Shown: positions 39,744 through 47,762 of the stretch, piece after piece
How the letters are laid out: every line of letters starts with the position of its first letter
Position numbering within the stretch: the first letter of the stretch is position 1
IMG/VR virus record: IMGVR_UViG_3300006056_003323
Length of the DNA stretch: 64,000 nt
From: an uncultured virus (IMG/VR IMGVR_UViG_3300006056_003323)
Taxonomy: Duplodnaviria; Heunggongvirae; Uroviricota; Caudoviricetes
Strand: one strand, 5' to 3'
Translations under genes and position numbers: made by a program
The notes under the pieces: generated by a model
The model's input: only the letters and a program-made list of their open reading frames with translations
What the model was told of the DNA's origin: nothing
Databases searched by the model: none

Positions 39744-39941
39744 GTGGGCGACAACGAAGAGATGGTCGACGTTCTCGATGACGCGCAGCTCGTGCCGCTG
39801 ATGATCCAGGCGAAGATCATCGAGGAGAAGAGCAGCCGGAAGGATCGACGGGCTGCGCTCGCCAGGACGCGGTCGAAGCTCCGCTCCAGGGTTCTCTGGC
39901 CGATGAGCGAGCTCTTGGAGAAGCTCGGGATCAAGCGATAG
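39744..39941 (+). CDS. small hypothetical protein
   Basis: GAGGAG RBS. Confidence 0.6.
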   Translation: MGDNEEMVDVLDDAQLVPLMIQAKIIEEKSSRKDRRAALARTRSKLRSRVLWPMSELLEKLGIKR

Positions 39942-40035
39942 GACGAGCGTCCGTGCGGCGAGGAGAAAAGTACGCATCCCTGCTTAATTGAATTGACCCG
40001 ATTCACCAAGCAGGGCATCTTCTGGCTGCAAGACG

Positions 40036-40662
40036 ATGTTTTTTCTCGGAACGCACCACCCAGACTGGATCGAGAAGACGGACGTGCCCTTGTTCGTGTC
40101 TCGCCGATCGCTGCAGAAATACAAGCGGCTCCCGCGCCGAGTGGGCGGCGCGTGGGCGCTCGACTCTGGCGGGTTCACGGAGATCAGCATGCACGGCAAA
40201 TGGCTGACGACCGCGGAAGAGTACGCGAAGGATGTCCTTCGGTTCTCCGAGGAGGTCGGCGGCATGCTCTGGGCCGCGCCTCAAGACTGGATGTGCGAGC
40301 CGGAGATGCTGAAGAAGACCGGGCTGTCGGTCGAGGAGCATCAGCGCAGGACCGTACAGAGCGTGCTCGAGCTGAGGGCGCTCGGGGCCCCGGTGATCCC
40401 AGTTCTTCAGGGATGGACCATCGGTCAGTATTACGACTGCTGGGACATGTATGCCGACGCGGGAGTCGACCTCGCCAAAGAGAAGATCGTCGGGCTCGGC
40501 AGCGTGTGCCGTCGTCAGAACATGATGAGGGCAGGTCACCTCGTGATGTCGTTGGCCAACGATGGGCTGCGGCTCCACGGCTTCGGCTTCAAGCAAAGCA
40601 AATTCTACGTGCCCTGCTGCAACGTGGGCCAAGGGATGAGCGCCGGTGATGCTGGACTGTGA
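40036..40662 (+). CDS. dpdA: DpdA/TGT-like 7-deazaguanine DNA transglycosylase, N-terminal part (homology ends at 40596)
   Basis: FFLGTHHP.W, LFVS, WALDSGGF, WAAPQDWMCEP, PVLQGW, VGLGSVCRRQ, LHGFGFK. Confidence 0.85.
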   Translation: MFFLGTHHPDWIEKTDVPLFVSRRSLQKYKRLPRRVGGAWALDSGGFTEISMHGKWLTTAEEYAKDVLRFSEEVGGMLWAAPQDWMCEPEMLKKTGLSVEEHQRRTVQSVLELRALGAPVIPVLQGWTIGQYYDCWDMYADAGVDLAKEKIVGLGSVCRRQNMMRAGHLVMSLANDGLRLHGFGFKQSKFYVPCCNVGQGMSAGDAGL

Positions 40663-41029
40663 GTCTTGCGGGGCCTGCTGCATCTTCGGCGTTCCATACC
40701 GGCCAGCCTCAGACGCTTACCGCTATTACGTGGAGGTGACGGAGAGCGACCATGACCGACTGGAGGCCGCAGGCAAAGTGCGCCTCGTCGTTCTGAATGA
40801 AAATCCGCGTGAGCTCGCTCACGGTCACATGCGCATGACCAAACCAAACAGAGAGACGCCTAGTCGATGCGCGGCGTTGGAAGGAGAGATTGCTAAGAAG
40901 GTCACATGTTCGGCCTACAAGGATCGACCTGACGTGTGTCGGGATTTCGAGGTTGGTGGCCATGAGTGCCTGCGCGCTCGGCGGCTCGCGAGGCAGCTTG
41001 GGTTCAAGTTTTCACGGAGTAAAAAATGA
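40646..41029 (+). CDS. YkgJ-family Cys-cluster (CxxCxxCC) protein
   Basis: CESCGACC...CAALEG...CSAYKDRPDVCRDF. Confidence 0.88.
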   Translation: MMLDCESCGACCIFGVPYRPASDAYRYYVEVTESDHDRLEAAGKVRLVVLNENPRELAHGHMRMTKPNRETPSRCAALEGEIAKKVTCSAYKDRPDVCRDFEVGGHECLRARRLARQLGFKFSRSKK

Positions 41030-41289
41030 GTCTGGACAAGGAATTTGCAGCCATGGCTGCACAGGGGACGCTCGATCTCGGTGCCGACTACAGCCGTTCG
41101 GCGCGCAGAGACGACTCCAAAAAGCGATGGGTGCTTCAGCGTACGGTCCACCAGGTCTGTATGTTCTCCGTGCACTGCGTGGTGGAAGAGACGGAGCTGC
41201 CGTTCAACGACTCCTCGGACGAGATGGTGCTGCGCGAGCGCGTAGTGGCGTGGGTGTGGCGAGGCGTCAAGGGTCGGGAATGGGCCTGA
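41026..41289 (+). CDS. hypothetical protein
   Basis: ATGA overlap. Confidence 0.65.
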   Translation: MSLDKEFAAMAAQGTLDLGADYSRSARRDDSKKRWVLQRTVHQVCMFSVHCVVEETELPFNDSSDEMVLRERVVAWVWRGVKGREWA

Positions 41290-41528
41290 TGAGCGCCTGG
41301 GACTTCGTGCTCGTCATACAGTACCTCAATGGCGACGGGATCGGGGTCGGAGCTGACGTCGGTTGGACGCACTACGGCTACCTGGGTGTCGGGGGCGGCG
41401 GGCATGAAAATGGAGATGGGGACGGGGCGGGCCTCTACGTGGGCGCATTTACCGGGGGAGGGGAAAGTGGCGGCCAGCCGGCGGTCGTGGGCCCGTCGGG
41501 AATCCTCATGCGAAGGTCCGAGCCATGA
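41289..41528 (+). CDS. Gly-rich small protein 1
   Basis: MSAWDFVL...GDGDG...ILMRRS. Confidence 0.7.
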   Translation: MSAWDFVLVIQYLNGDGIGVGADVGWTHYGYLGVGGGGHENGDGDGAGLYVGAFTGGGESGGQPAVVGPSGILMRRSEP

Positions 41529-41584
41529 CAGAACTGCATACCGGCTGGGGTCCTGGCGAGATCATGAAAGTAGACGAGCAATGA
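41525..41584 (+). CDS. 19-aa coupled mini-ORF
   Basis: MTELHTGWGPGEIMKVDEQ, ATGA overlaps at both ends. Confidence 0.45.
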   Translation: MTELHTGWGPGEIMKVDEQ

Positions 41585-41802
41585 CCGAGCGGTGGAGCCT
41601 CGTGCTCAGCGAAGACGAAGCTACCAATTCTGGCTATGACTCCTACGTAGAGATCGACGGCGGCGGTCGCGGTGACGGCCACGGTGACTATGAGGGCGGC
41701 GGCTGGGGTGATGGCGACGGGGACGGCTACGGCAACGGCTACGACTACGGCGACGGCAACGGCTACGGAAGGGGCGAGGTTCTCCTGAGGACGTCCCAAT
41801 GA
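41581..41802 (+). CDS. Gly-rich small protein 2 (GDGYG repeats)
   Basis: MTERWSLVL...GDGDGYGNGYDYGDGNGYG...VLLRTS. Confidence 0.75.
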   Translation: MTERWSLVLSEDEATNSGYDSYVEIDGGGRGDGHGDYEGGGWGDGDGDGYGNGYDYGDGNGYGRGEVLLRTSQ

Positions 41803-42155
41803 CCAAAACCTGGGATCTCATACTCACCGGCACCGAAGGCCGGCTAGGATACGACGATGGAAACGGTCAAGGTGATGGTATCGCCAACGGCAAGGGAGAT
41901 GGGACCGGGGACGGCGGAGGTGATAGTACAGGCGACGGTTCTGGTTACGGTAGCTGCGGCTGGTCAACCGGGCTGAAGTCCTGCGGGCATCTGCTCGCGA
42001 GCTCTGACTCCCTTGCGTGGAGCCTGAACGCTCGGCTGAACGAGCCGCTGCCAGAGTGCGCCGGAAAGCACAAGAAGTGCACGAACTGCATGCGATACGC
42101 GCTGCAGTGGAGAGAGGGCCTTCTTGCGTCAACAGACAGGAGGAATGCAGCGTGA
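41799..42155 (+). CDS. dpdA: fusion: Gly-rich protein 3 N-terminus plus DpdA C-terminal part (from 41967)
   Basis: MTKTWDLIL...GDG repeats, then GL...LASSDSLAWS..AR...PLPEC..KHKKCTNC..YALQWR. Confidence 0.8.
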   Translation: MTKTWDLILTGTEGRLGYDDGNGQGDGIANGKGDGTGDGGGDSTGDGSGYGSCGWSTGLKSCGHLLASSDSLAWSLNARLNEPLPECAGKHKKCTNCMRYALQWREGLLASTDRRNAA

Positions 42156-42733
42156 CGGTCACGTCGAGAATTGGCAGGGAGATGAAGCGGTTCATCGAGC
42201 TGTCTGGATACTCCAAGTTCACGGTCAACAGGATCTGCAAGGAGTACGGCATCAACCACCGAACGGCGACGGACGAGCAGATTCGCGAGGCCACCGCCAA
42301 ATGGATGAGCCGGGAGCGCAAGACCCTCAGGAACGCGCGCCTGGTGACCGTGAACGGCGTCTCTTTGACGTTGAGCAAGTGGGCAAAGATCACGGGAATA
42401 AAGCTGAGCAGCCTCGACTACCGAGCTCGGTCCTGCGGAGATGCGGTCGTCGCGGTCACCGAGTCGCTCGCCGAGTCTGGACGATGGCGACAAGGTCGCG
42501 TCATCAGGAGCGACGACTCGCGAGTGAGGAAGTACGTCTTCATGGGACGAGAGATCTCGCGCGCCGAGCTCGCTGCTCTGTCTGGGTTCAAAAGAGACAC
42601 GATTACTGGCGCCGTCCGAAGGAAAGGCGAAGAGGCTGGGATTCGGCACGTCCTCGAGAGCAGCGGCAAGATGGAGCAGTTCCTGTTGAGAGCGAAGACC
42701 AAGGAGAAGAAGCATGCTGATCTCAGAGGCTGA
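42152..42733 (+). CDS. putative DNA-binding protein with repeated HTH-like modules
   Basis: VNGVSLTLSKWAKITGIK..LDYR and FMGREISRAELAALSGFK, modules like those at the end of phage HNH nucleases. Confidence 0.6.
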   Translation: MTVTSRIGREMKRFIELSGYSKFTVNRICKEYGINHRTATDEQIREATAKWMSRERKTLRNARLVTVNGVSLTLSKWAKITGIKLSSLDYRARSCGDAVVAVTESLAESGRWRQGRVIRSDDSRVRKYVFMGREISRAELAALSGFKRDTITGAVRRKGEEAGIRHVLESSGKMEQFLLRAKTKEKKHADLRG

Positions 42734-43943
42734 AGAGAGACTGCTGCAGCAGACGCGGCTCGTTCGCTCGATCGACGAGCAAGCGACGTCGCTTCGGCTC
42801 GACAAGATGAAGGAGTTGCTCGAGGCCGAGCCCCGGGCGCTCGAGGAGCTCGTCGGACGGCTGCAGCTCGAGTACGGAGTCAGGAAGCTCGGAGAGGAGA
42901 GCGGAGAGGTGGCGAAGGCTCTGAAGCGCCACCTCGACTACGGAGAGCCGATCGACGTGAACGCCCTTCAGGGCGAACTCGGAAACGTGCTGTTCTTCGT
43001 GACCTTCCTCGCTCGGTGCGCCGGAATCTCGCTCGAGAGCATCGTCGAGCGCCAGGTCAAAGAGACCGAAGAGAGGTTTCGCCAAGGATGGACCGTCGAG
43101 GCCGCCGCGGCTCGTGCGCGCGAGTCCGACGCGACCTCGAAGCCGGCGAGTCTTCAGCATCCGCACTGCAACGCGAGGAAGAACTCGTTTTTTTCCGGTT
43201 ACATGGGACTCGACGCATCCGATCGCGAGTGCGGAGAGCAGCAGTACATCATCGCGCATCGCCTGCGGCGCCTGCGGACGCTCAATGCCTGCGAATCATG
43301 CGCGAGGCTATGCGCGTTCGATGGGAAGTGGAGCGTCTCGGATCGTGAGATTTCGATCCCTCATTGGTGGCCAAGGATGTTCAGGAGACTCGACGAGACG
43401 CTTTCCGATCTCGGGAAGCTGAGCAGCAGCGAGAAGCGTAAACGAGAGGACGCTCTGTGGAATGAAGGATCGCTGATCGCGGACATCAAGATCGCGATCG
43501 TAGAAGGCCCAAGCCTCTCCGAGGCGTTGTGGAGAATCTCCAAGTACAGCCCAAGGACCTTCGTCAGGGTGATTCTTCCGACGATCACTCACCTCAAGAA
43601 CCAGCTGTTCAACCGCCCTGCAGACCGCGGCTTCGACACGCTCGAGAAGGACATGGGCGAGTGGGTCGAGAACCCTCACGTCGATCTGGCGGACGAGGTT
43701 AGCCGAGTCGCCAACTTGGCTTGGGACGAAAACTGGGACGGACACGGGAATTATGACATGACGTCGAACCTCGTGGCGTCGTTTCTCAGCGATGTCGCCG
43801 CCGTGATGCGTAGCGAGGCTCGCTGCGTCATCGCTGGGCCTGACTCGCCGCTGGATAGCCGGAAGATGTACCGAAACATCTTCGACGTCATCGAGTGCGA
43901 TGTCCGGTCCATCGCCATGAAGAACCTCGTTCATGATCCTTGA
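42714..43943 (+). CDS. MazG-like domain fused to Zn-finger and helical domains
   Basis: LGEESGEV...GELGNVLFF...GISLESI...EERF. Confidence 0.75.
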   Translation: MLISEAEERLLQQTRLVRSIDEQATSLRLDKMKELLEAEPRALEELVGRLQLEYGVRKLGEESGEVAKALKRHLDYGEPIDVNALQGELGNVLFFVTFLARCAGISLESIVERQVKETEERFRQGWTVEAAAARARESDATSKPASLQHPHCNARKNSFFSGYMGLDASDRECGEQQYIIAHRLRRLRTLNACESCARLCAFDGKWSVSDREISIPHWWPRMFRRLDETLSDLGKLSSSEKRKREDALWNEGSLIADIKIAIVEGPSLSEALWRISKYSPRTFVRVILPTITHLKNQLFNRPADRGFDTLEKDMGEWVENPHVDLADEVSRVANLAWDENWDGHGNYDMTSNLVASFLSDVAAVMRSEARCVIAGPDSPLDSRKMYRNIFDVIECDVRSIAMKNLVHDP

Positions 43944-43991
43944 TGCGGCGGCGATCTGCCGTGGTTACAACGACTGAAGAAGGAGCAACGC

Positions 43992-44162
43992 ATGCACAGC
44001 AAGAAGAACGAAGAGACGAAGAAGACGACCAAGCTCGGACAGGCTGGCACCGACGGAGGTCTTCTCGCGGAGACACGAGTCGATGCAGGCAAGCGAGACC
44101 CGGCCGATACGCGACGAGATGGCCTCTCGGGGTCGCCTCGACAGACGATCGAGTCACGATGA
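43992..44162 (+). CDS. small hypothetical protein
   Basis: AAGGAG RBS; ATGA overlap with dprA. Confidence 0.45.
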   Translation: MHSKKNEETKKTTKLGQAGTDGGLLAETRVDAGKRDPADTRRDGLSGSPRQTIESR

Positions 44163-44908
44163 GCGACGGCGCCTTCGAGACGTGGCTGATCGCAACGAAG
44201 CAGCGCTGTGAGAGCGCCGGCATTCGGATGATCTCGAAGGACGACCCGGAGTTTCCAAGCGGTCTCTTGTCGCTACCGACGTGCCCATCCTTCGTGTACG
44301 TGAAGGGCTCACTTCCGAAGCAGAAGAGCGTCGCGTGCATCGGGACCCGATCTCCGACTCAGTTCGGAGCCATCGCCGCGAAGGGCATCGCCTCGGCCCT
44401 CTCCGAGGGAGGGTGGAGCATCGTCAGCGGTCTTGCGATCGGGATCGACTCGATCTGCCACCGCGCCGCGCTGGCCACTCGAGGACACACGACCGCGGTG
44501 CTCGCGCACGGCTTGGATCTCGCCGTTTACCCGCGAGAGAACGCTGGTCTCGCGAAGGAGATCCTCGACGCCGGCGGAGCGCTGCTCAGCGAGTATCCGC
44601 CTGGGACCCGTGCGGAGAAGTGGTCCTTCGTCGCGAGAGATCGGCTGCAGGCAGGGCTCTCCCTGGCGACGTTCTGCATGCAGACGGGGGTCAAGGGCGG
44701 ATCCATGCATGCCGTGAACGCCTCCGTCGGGCTGAAAAGGCCCGTCTACGTCCCAGAGGTGCCTGAGCGCTACAGGCTCGAGGAGAAGAGCGCCGGCATT
44801 CTCGAGCTCATGAGGAGAGGCGTCGCCAAGACCATCGAAGGGAAGGCGAGCTATCCGACGCTGCTCTCCGAGATCTCCTTGCTTTATGCAGGCGAAGTAT
44901 CGAGTTGA
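44159..44908 (+). CDS. dprA: DprA/Smf-family protein (core domain only)
   Basis: IGTR, IVSGLAIGIDSICHRAAL, TAVLAHGLD, LLSEYPPG, FVARDRLQAGLS, GGSMH. Confidence 0.92.
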   Translation: MSDGAFETWLIATKQRCESAGIRMISKDDPEFPSGLLSLPTCPSFVYVKGSLPKQKSVACIGTRSPTQFGAIAAKGIASALSEGGWSIVSGLAIGIDSICHRAALATRGHTTAVLAHGLDLAVYPRENAGLAKEILDAGGALLSEYPPGTRAEKWSFVARDRLQAGLSLATFCMQTGVKGGSMHAVNASVGLKRPVYVPEVPERYRLEEKSAGILELMRRGVAKTIEGKASYPTLLSEISLLYAGEVSS

Positions 44909-44939
44909 CCATTGCATCGTATCGGTGCATGGTCGGTCG

Positions 44940-45200
44940 ATGAAGAGAAAGCAAGCTACGCAAAAGCCACCGGTGACGGCGTTTCGGATGGTGGGGGACG
45001 AGGCGTCGAGGGATGCGGAGAAGCTCACGCGCTGGGAGCTCGTCGCAGATGGCCAGGTCGTCGCGACCATCCAGCTGCACTGGGCCTCGATGATCTACAC
45101 GATCCAATCCGGCTCAAGAAGAATGGACGTTGATCACGAAGACTTCCTCGGCTTCGCCCGGATCGCCGCAGAGGCGAAGATCCTCGCCTGCGTGGTGTGA
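44940..45200 (+). CDS. hypothetical protein
   Basis: ORF after a TTGACC-17-CATGGT promoter-like sequence. Confidence 0.6.
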   Translation: MKRKQATQKPPVTAFRMVGDEASRDAEKLTRWELVADGQVVATIQLHWASMIYTIQSGSRRMDVDHEDFLGFARIAAEAKILACVV

Positions 45201-45251
45201 GAGAGACGAACGCGAGACCGGAAGCGTGCAGAGGCGCAAGGAGAACCGATC

Positions 45252-45944
45252 GTGAAGCCAGAGGTCATCACGCAAGCCATCGCCAAGCTGCCGGTCGAGC
45301 AGCAGCGCGAGTGGAGGGAGATCCACAGGACGCCTGGCACATCTCCGCTGTCGCTCGAGTGGCGCACCATGCCGATGTGGACGCCCGAGCAGAGAGAAGC
45401 CGTGGAGATCGCGCTGCACGACTGGGCGCTCGAGCAGACGGACGCTTCCGATCTCGTGCTCAAGATCGGACTGCCTCGAGTCCGTCGCGTGGGGGTGTGG
45501 CTGGCATGCGTGGTCGTTCGCACCGTATTGTGCCACGTGCCTGACCAAGAACGCGGGCCTCGCGTCGCTGTCGAAGCCGCAGAACGATGGGTGAGGGGTC
45601 TCGCTACGGTAAAAGAAGCAAGGTCCGCGGCGAGCGGCGCCTATGAGTACGGGGTCTACGGAAAGTCTTCACTGAACGAGCCGCGCTCAGCGGGAAAACC
45701 GGCAGCATTTGCAGCAGCCAGAGTCGCTGACGCTGCTGGATATGCGAACTCAGCCAGCGATGCTGTATTCGAATCTGTCGACAATGCATCCGATCAAGCT
45801 GCTTACCGCGCCTGCGCGTGCGGAGCCTCTCCAAACTCTTTTTATGCGCTGAAAAACAGCGCGCTGCGAGACTTTTGCCAGACGATCTCCGTCGTGATGC
45901 GAGAGGCTCTGAGCGCTGCTGCAGAAGGGTACGCGCGATACTAG
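45252..45944 (+). CDS. WTPExR-family protein with Imm-5-like C-terminal half
   Basis: LPVEQQREWRE...MWTPEQREAVEIAL; GPRVAVEAAERWVRG...EARSAA. Confidence 0.78.
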   Translation: MKPEVITQAIAKLPVEQQREWREIHRTPGTSPLSLEWRTMPMWTPEQREAVEIALHDWALEQTDASDLVLKIGLPRVRRVGVWLACVVVRTVLCHVPDQERGPRVAVEAAERWVRGLATVKEARSAASGAYEYGVYGKSSLNEPRSAGKPAAFAAARVADAAGYANSASDAVFESVDNASDQAAYRACACGASPNSFYALKNSALRDFCQTISVVMREALSAAAEGYARY

Positions 45945-46005
45945 ACCGAAGAGGCAGGGCCGATCTCGAGTCGTCGGCCCTCACGACACACGTCATCAAG
46001 GAGAA

Positions 46006-46230
46006 GTGATCTTGTCGAAGAAGGTGCTGTGCGTAAAGAGCTGGGTCAGGAACGCCGACGGGACGAAGACCATCGTCTGGTGCTTCTGCACGTGGCGCGA
46101 TGGAAACGCCGTGAAGTCGAAGACTCTCTGCGGCCTCGAGGTGACGTTGCCGATCGGGCACGAGGAGCGGATGCCGACGTGCGCCGATTGTCTCTCGAAG
46201 ATGGGCGAGAGGATCGAGGTGGCGACGTGA
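46006..46230 (+). CDS. small Zn-binding protein
   Basis: AAGGAG RBS; TLCG...PTCADC. Confidence 0.65.
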   Translation: MILSKKVLCVKSWVRNADGTKTIVWCFCTWRDGNAVKSKTLCGLEVTLPIGHEERMPTCADCLSKMGERIEVAT

Positions 46231-46898
46231 ACATGATCGAGGAAATCTTCGGGTGGATCACGCACGAGGATCCGGTCACGAAGGAACTTCTCGGCCATCA
46301 TCGTCAAGAGCCGTGCGCGGTCTGTGCAGCGAAGGAGCACAAGAAATCGCTCGAGCTGCTCGCGGCGATCATTGATACGTTCAACCTCGCGCTGTCTGCG
46401 TGGTCGATGGCCGAGCAAGCCTCGGAGGCGACTCGAGACCGGTGCGCCAACATGGCGTTCGAAGCAATGGAGGGATGGTACGAAGACTCCAAGGACAAGA
46501 TGCGCAGAGAAGCTGGACTCGCGAACAGCGACATCCACTGCATGCTCGCTACCGAGTTCGTGGGAAACAAGATCCTCAACGACGTCCTCTCGCCGGACTT
46601 CGAGCCGAAGCGTTTCCCCGTGCTCCGCTGGGCGCAGGTCGAGTCAACGGAAGACGGTCCGTATCTGCAGGGAAGGATCGAAGTGCCAGAACAAGACTCG
46701 CGACGACGATGGGTGCTTCACGCGTCCCCACGCGGATCTCGCGTCGAGGTGCTCGGGCAGAAGAGCAAGATGATCTTTCGCGACGCGACGCTGTTCTTCC
46801 AAGAGAACTCGGCGAGCACGGAAGAGAATCAGCGGATCGCAGAGCTCGCGCTCTTCGACCTCGGCGTTCGATTCCAGCTCGAGGAGAAGTCGCGATGA
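46227..46898 (+). CDS. hypothetical protein
   Basis: GTGA overlap. Confidence 0.7.
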   Translation: MNMIEEIFGWITHEDPVTKELLGHHRQEPCAVCAAKEHKKSLELLAAIIDTFNLALSAWSMAEQASEATRDRCANMAFEAMEGWYEDSKDKMRREAGLANSDIHCMLATEFVGNKILNDVLSPDFEPKRFPVLRWAQVESTEDGPYLQGRIEVPEQDSRRRWVLHASPRGSRVEVLGQKSKMIFRDATLFFQENSASTEENQRIAELALFDLGVRFQLEEKSR

Positions 46899-47101
46899 GC
46901 ACTCACATGGCATGGAAAGAGCCAGTCTTCTTGGTCAGCCTTCCCGCCGGACACAACAAGGAACTCGCGAAGAGGCTCATCGACGGCATGGAGAAGGATC
47001 GGCACGAAAAGAGCCTCGAGATCCTCGCGGCGCTGATCGAGGGCATCAACATCGTGTGGATCCACACTGCGCTTGTCGAGCGCGCGAGGGAGGGTGCGTG
47101 A
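46895..47101 (+). CDS. small protein, partial paralog of 46227
   Basis: HEKSLEILAALIEGIN versus HKKSLELLAAIIDTFN. Confidence 0.65.
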   Translation: MSTHMAWKEPVFLVSLPAGHNKELAKRLIDGMEKDRHEKSLEILAALIEGINIVWIHTALVERAREGA

Positions 47102-47391
47102 TGATCTACCGAGACAATCGCGAGTCGCTCGAGGCCCAGCTGCGCAGATCCGAAGAGGAGCTGAGACTGACGAAGAGCGATCTCGAGCTCGTGAAGAGGG
47201 TTCGAGAAAGGCATGTGCATATCGATGACGATGCCGGAGGCAAGAAGTACATGCCTCTTTTTGTCTCCTCTCTGGTGACGTTTCAAATGCTCGCTCTCAG
47301 GCACTGGAAGATGTTTTTCGGATGCTTCGCAGTCTCCTTTCTGCTGTACCTCGTCATGATCGTCAGAATGGAATCACAGAGAAGACCATGA
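47098..47391 (+). CDS. coiled-coil plus 2-TM protein
   Basis: YRDNRESLEAQL...; hydrophobic C-terminus. Confidence 0.65.
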   Translation: MMIYRDNRESLEAQLRRSEEELRLTKSDLELVKRVRERHVHIDDDAGGKKYMPLFVSSLVTFQMLALRHWKMFFGCFAVSFLLYLVMIVRMESQRRP

Positions 47392-47642
47392 GAAGCCAAG
47401 GCAAAGTCAGCGCAGAGGAAGCCGCAGATGAGCTGGAGGAAACCTGCCGAGGCATCGCCGGGCTCATCGTGTACGGCGTCGGCGTAGGCAACGATGAACT
47501 GTTCGTCTACTGCCGCGGAAGTCTGAAGAAGTACGCGATGGTGCCTCATGAGTTTCATGGGTTCAAAGTGACGGTCATCGGCGGAGGGGTTGCTTTTGGA
47601 GACGGGAAGAAGCGACGCCAGCGCGAGCGCAAGCCTCTGTAA
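47388..47642 (+). CDS. hypothetical protein
   Basis: ATGA overlap. Confidence 0.6.
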   Translation: MRSQGKVSAEEAADELEETCRGIAGLIVYGVGVGNDELFVYCRGSLKKYAMVPHEFHGFKVTVIGGGVAFGDGKKRRQRERKPL

Positions 47643-47762
47643 ACACAGAAAATCTTCGTGCCGAGCAAAAGATAACTAGACGGTCGCAGCCGCCGGTGAT
47701 ACAAGCCTCTTCGAAGCGCATCTCAACGGTGAGATGTGCCTGTTCTCTCGGAGAAATCGAAG

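Larger units (their letters stand above)
40597..41966 (+). other. 1370-bp gene cassette inserted inside dpdA
   Basis: Removing it fuses LHGFGFKQ to TGLKSCGHLLASSDSLAWS in frame. Confidence 0.8.

Noticed and set aside
41640..41960. GGC-NAC repeats as a DGR variable region
   Set aside because: No reverse transcriptase or template repeat in the window; slippage of a degenerate hexamer explains it.
40597..41966. dpdA insert as an intein, group I/II intron or IS
   Set aside because: It contains stops and several genes, with no Hint motifs, RT, nuclease, transposase, terminal inverted repeats or clear target duplication.
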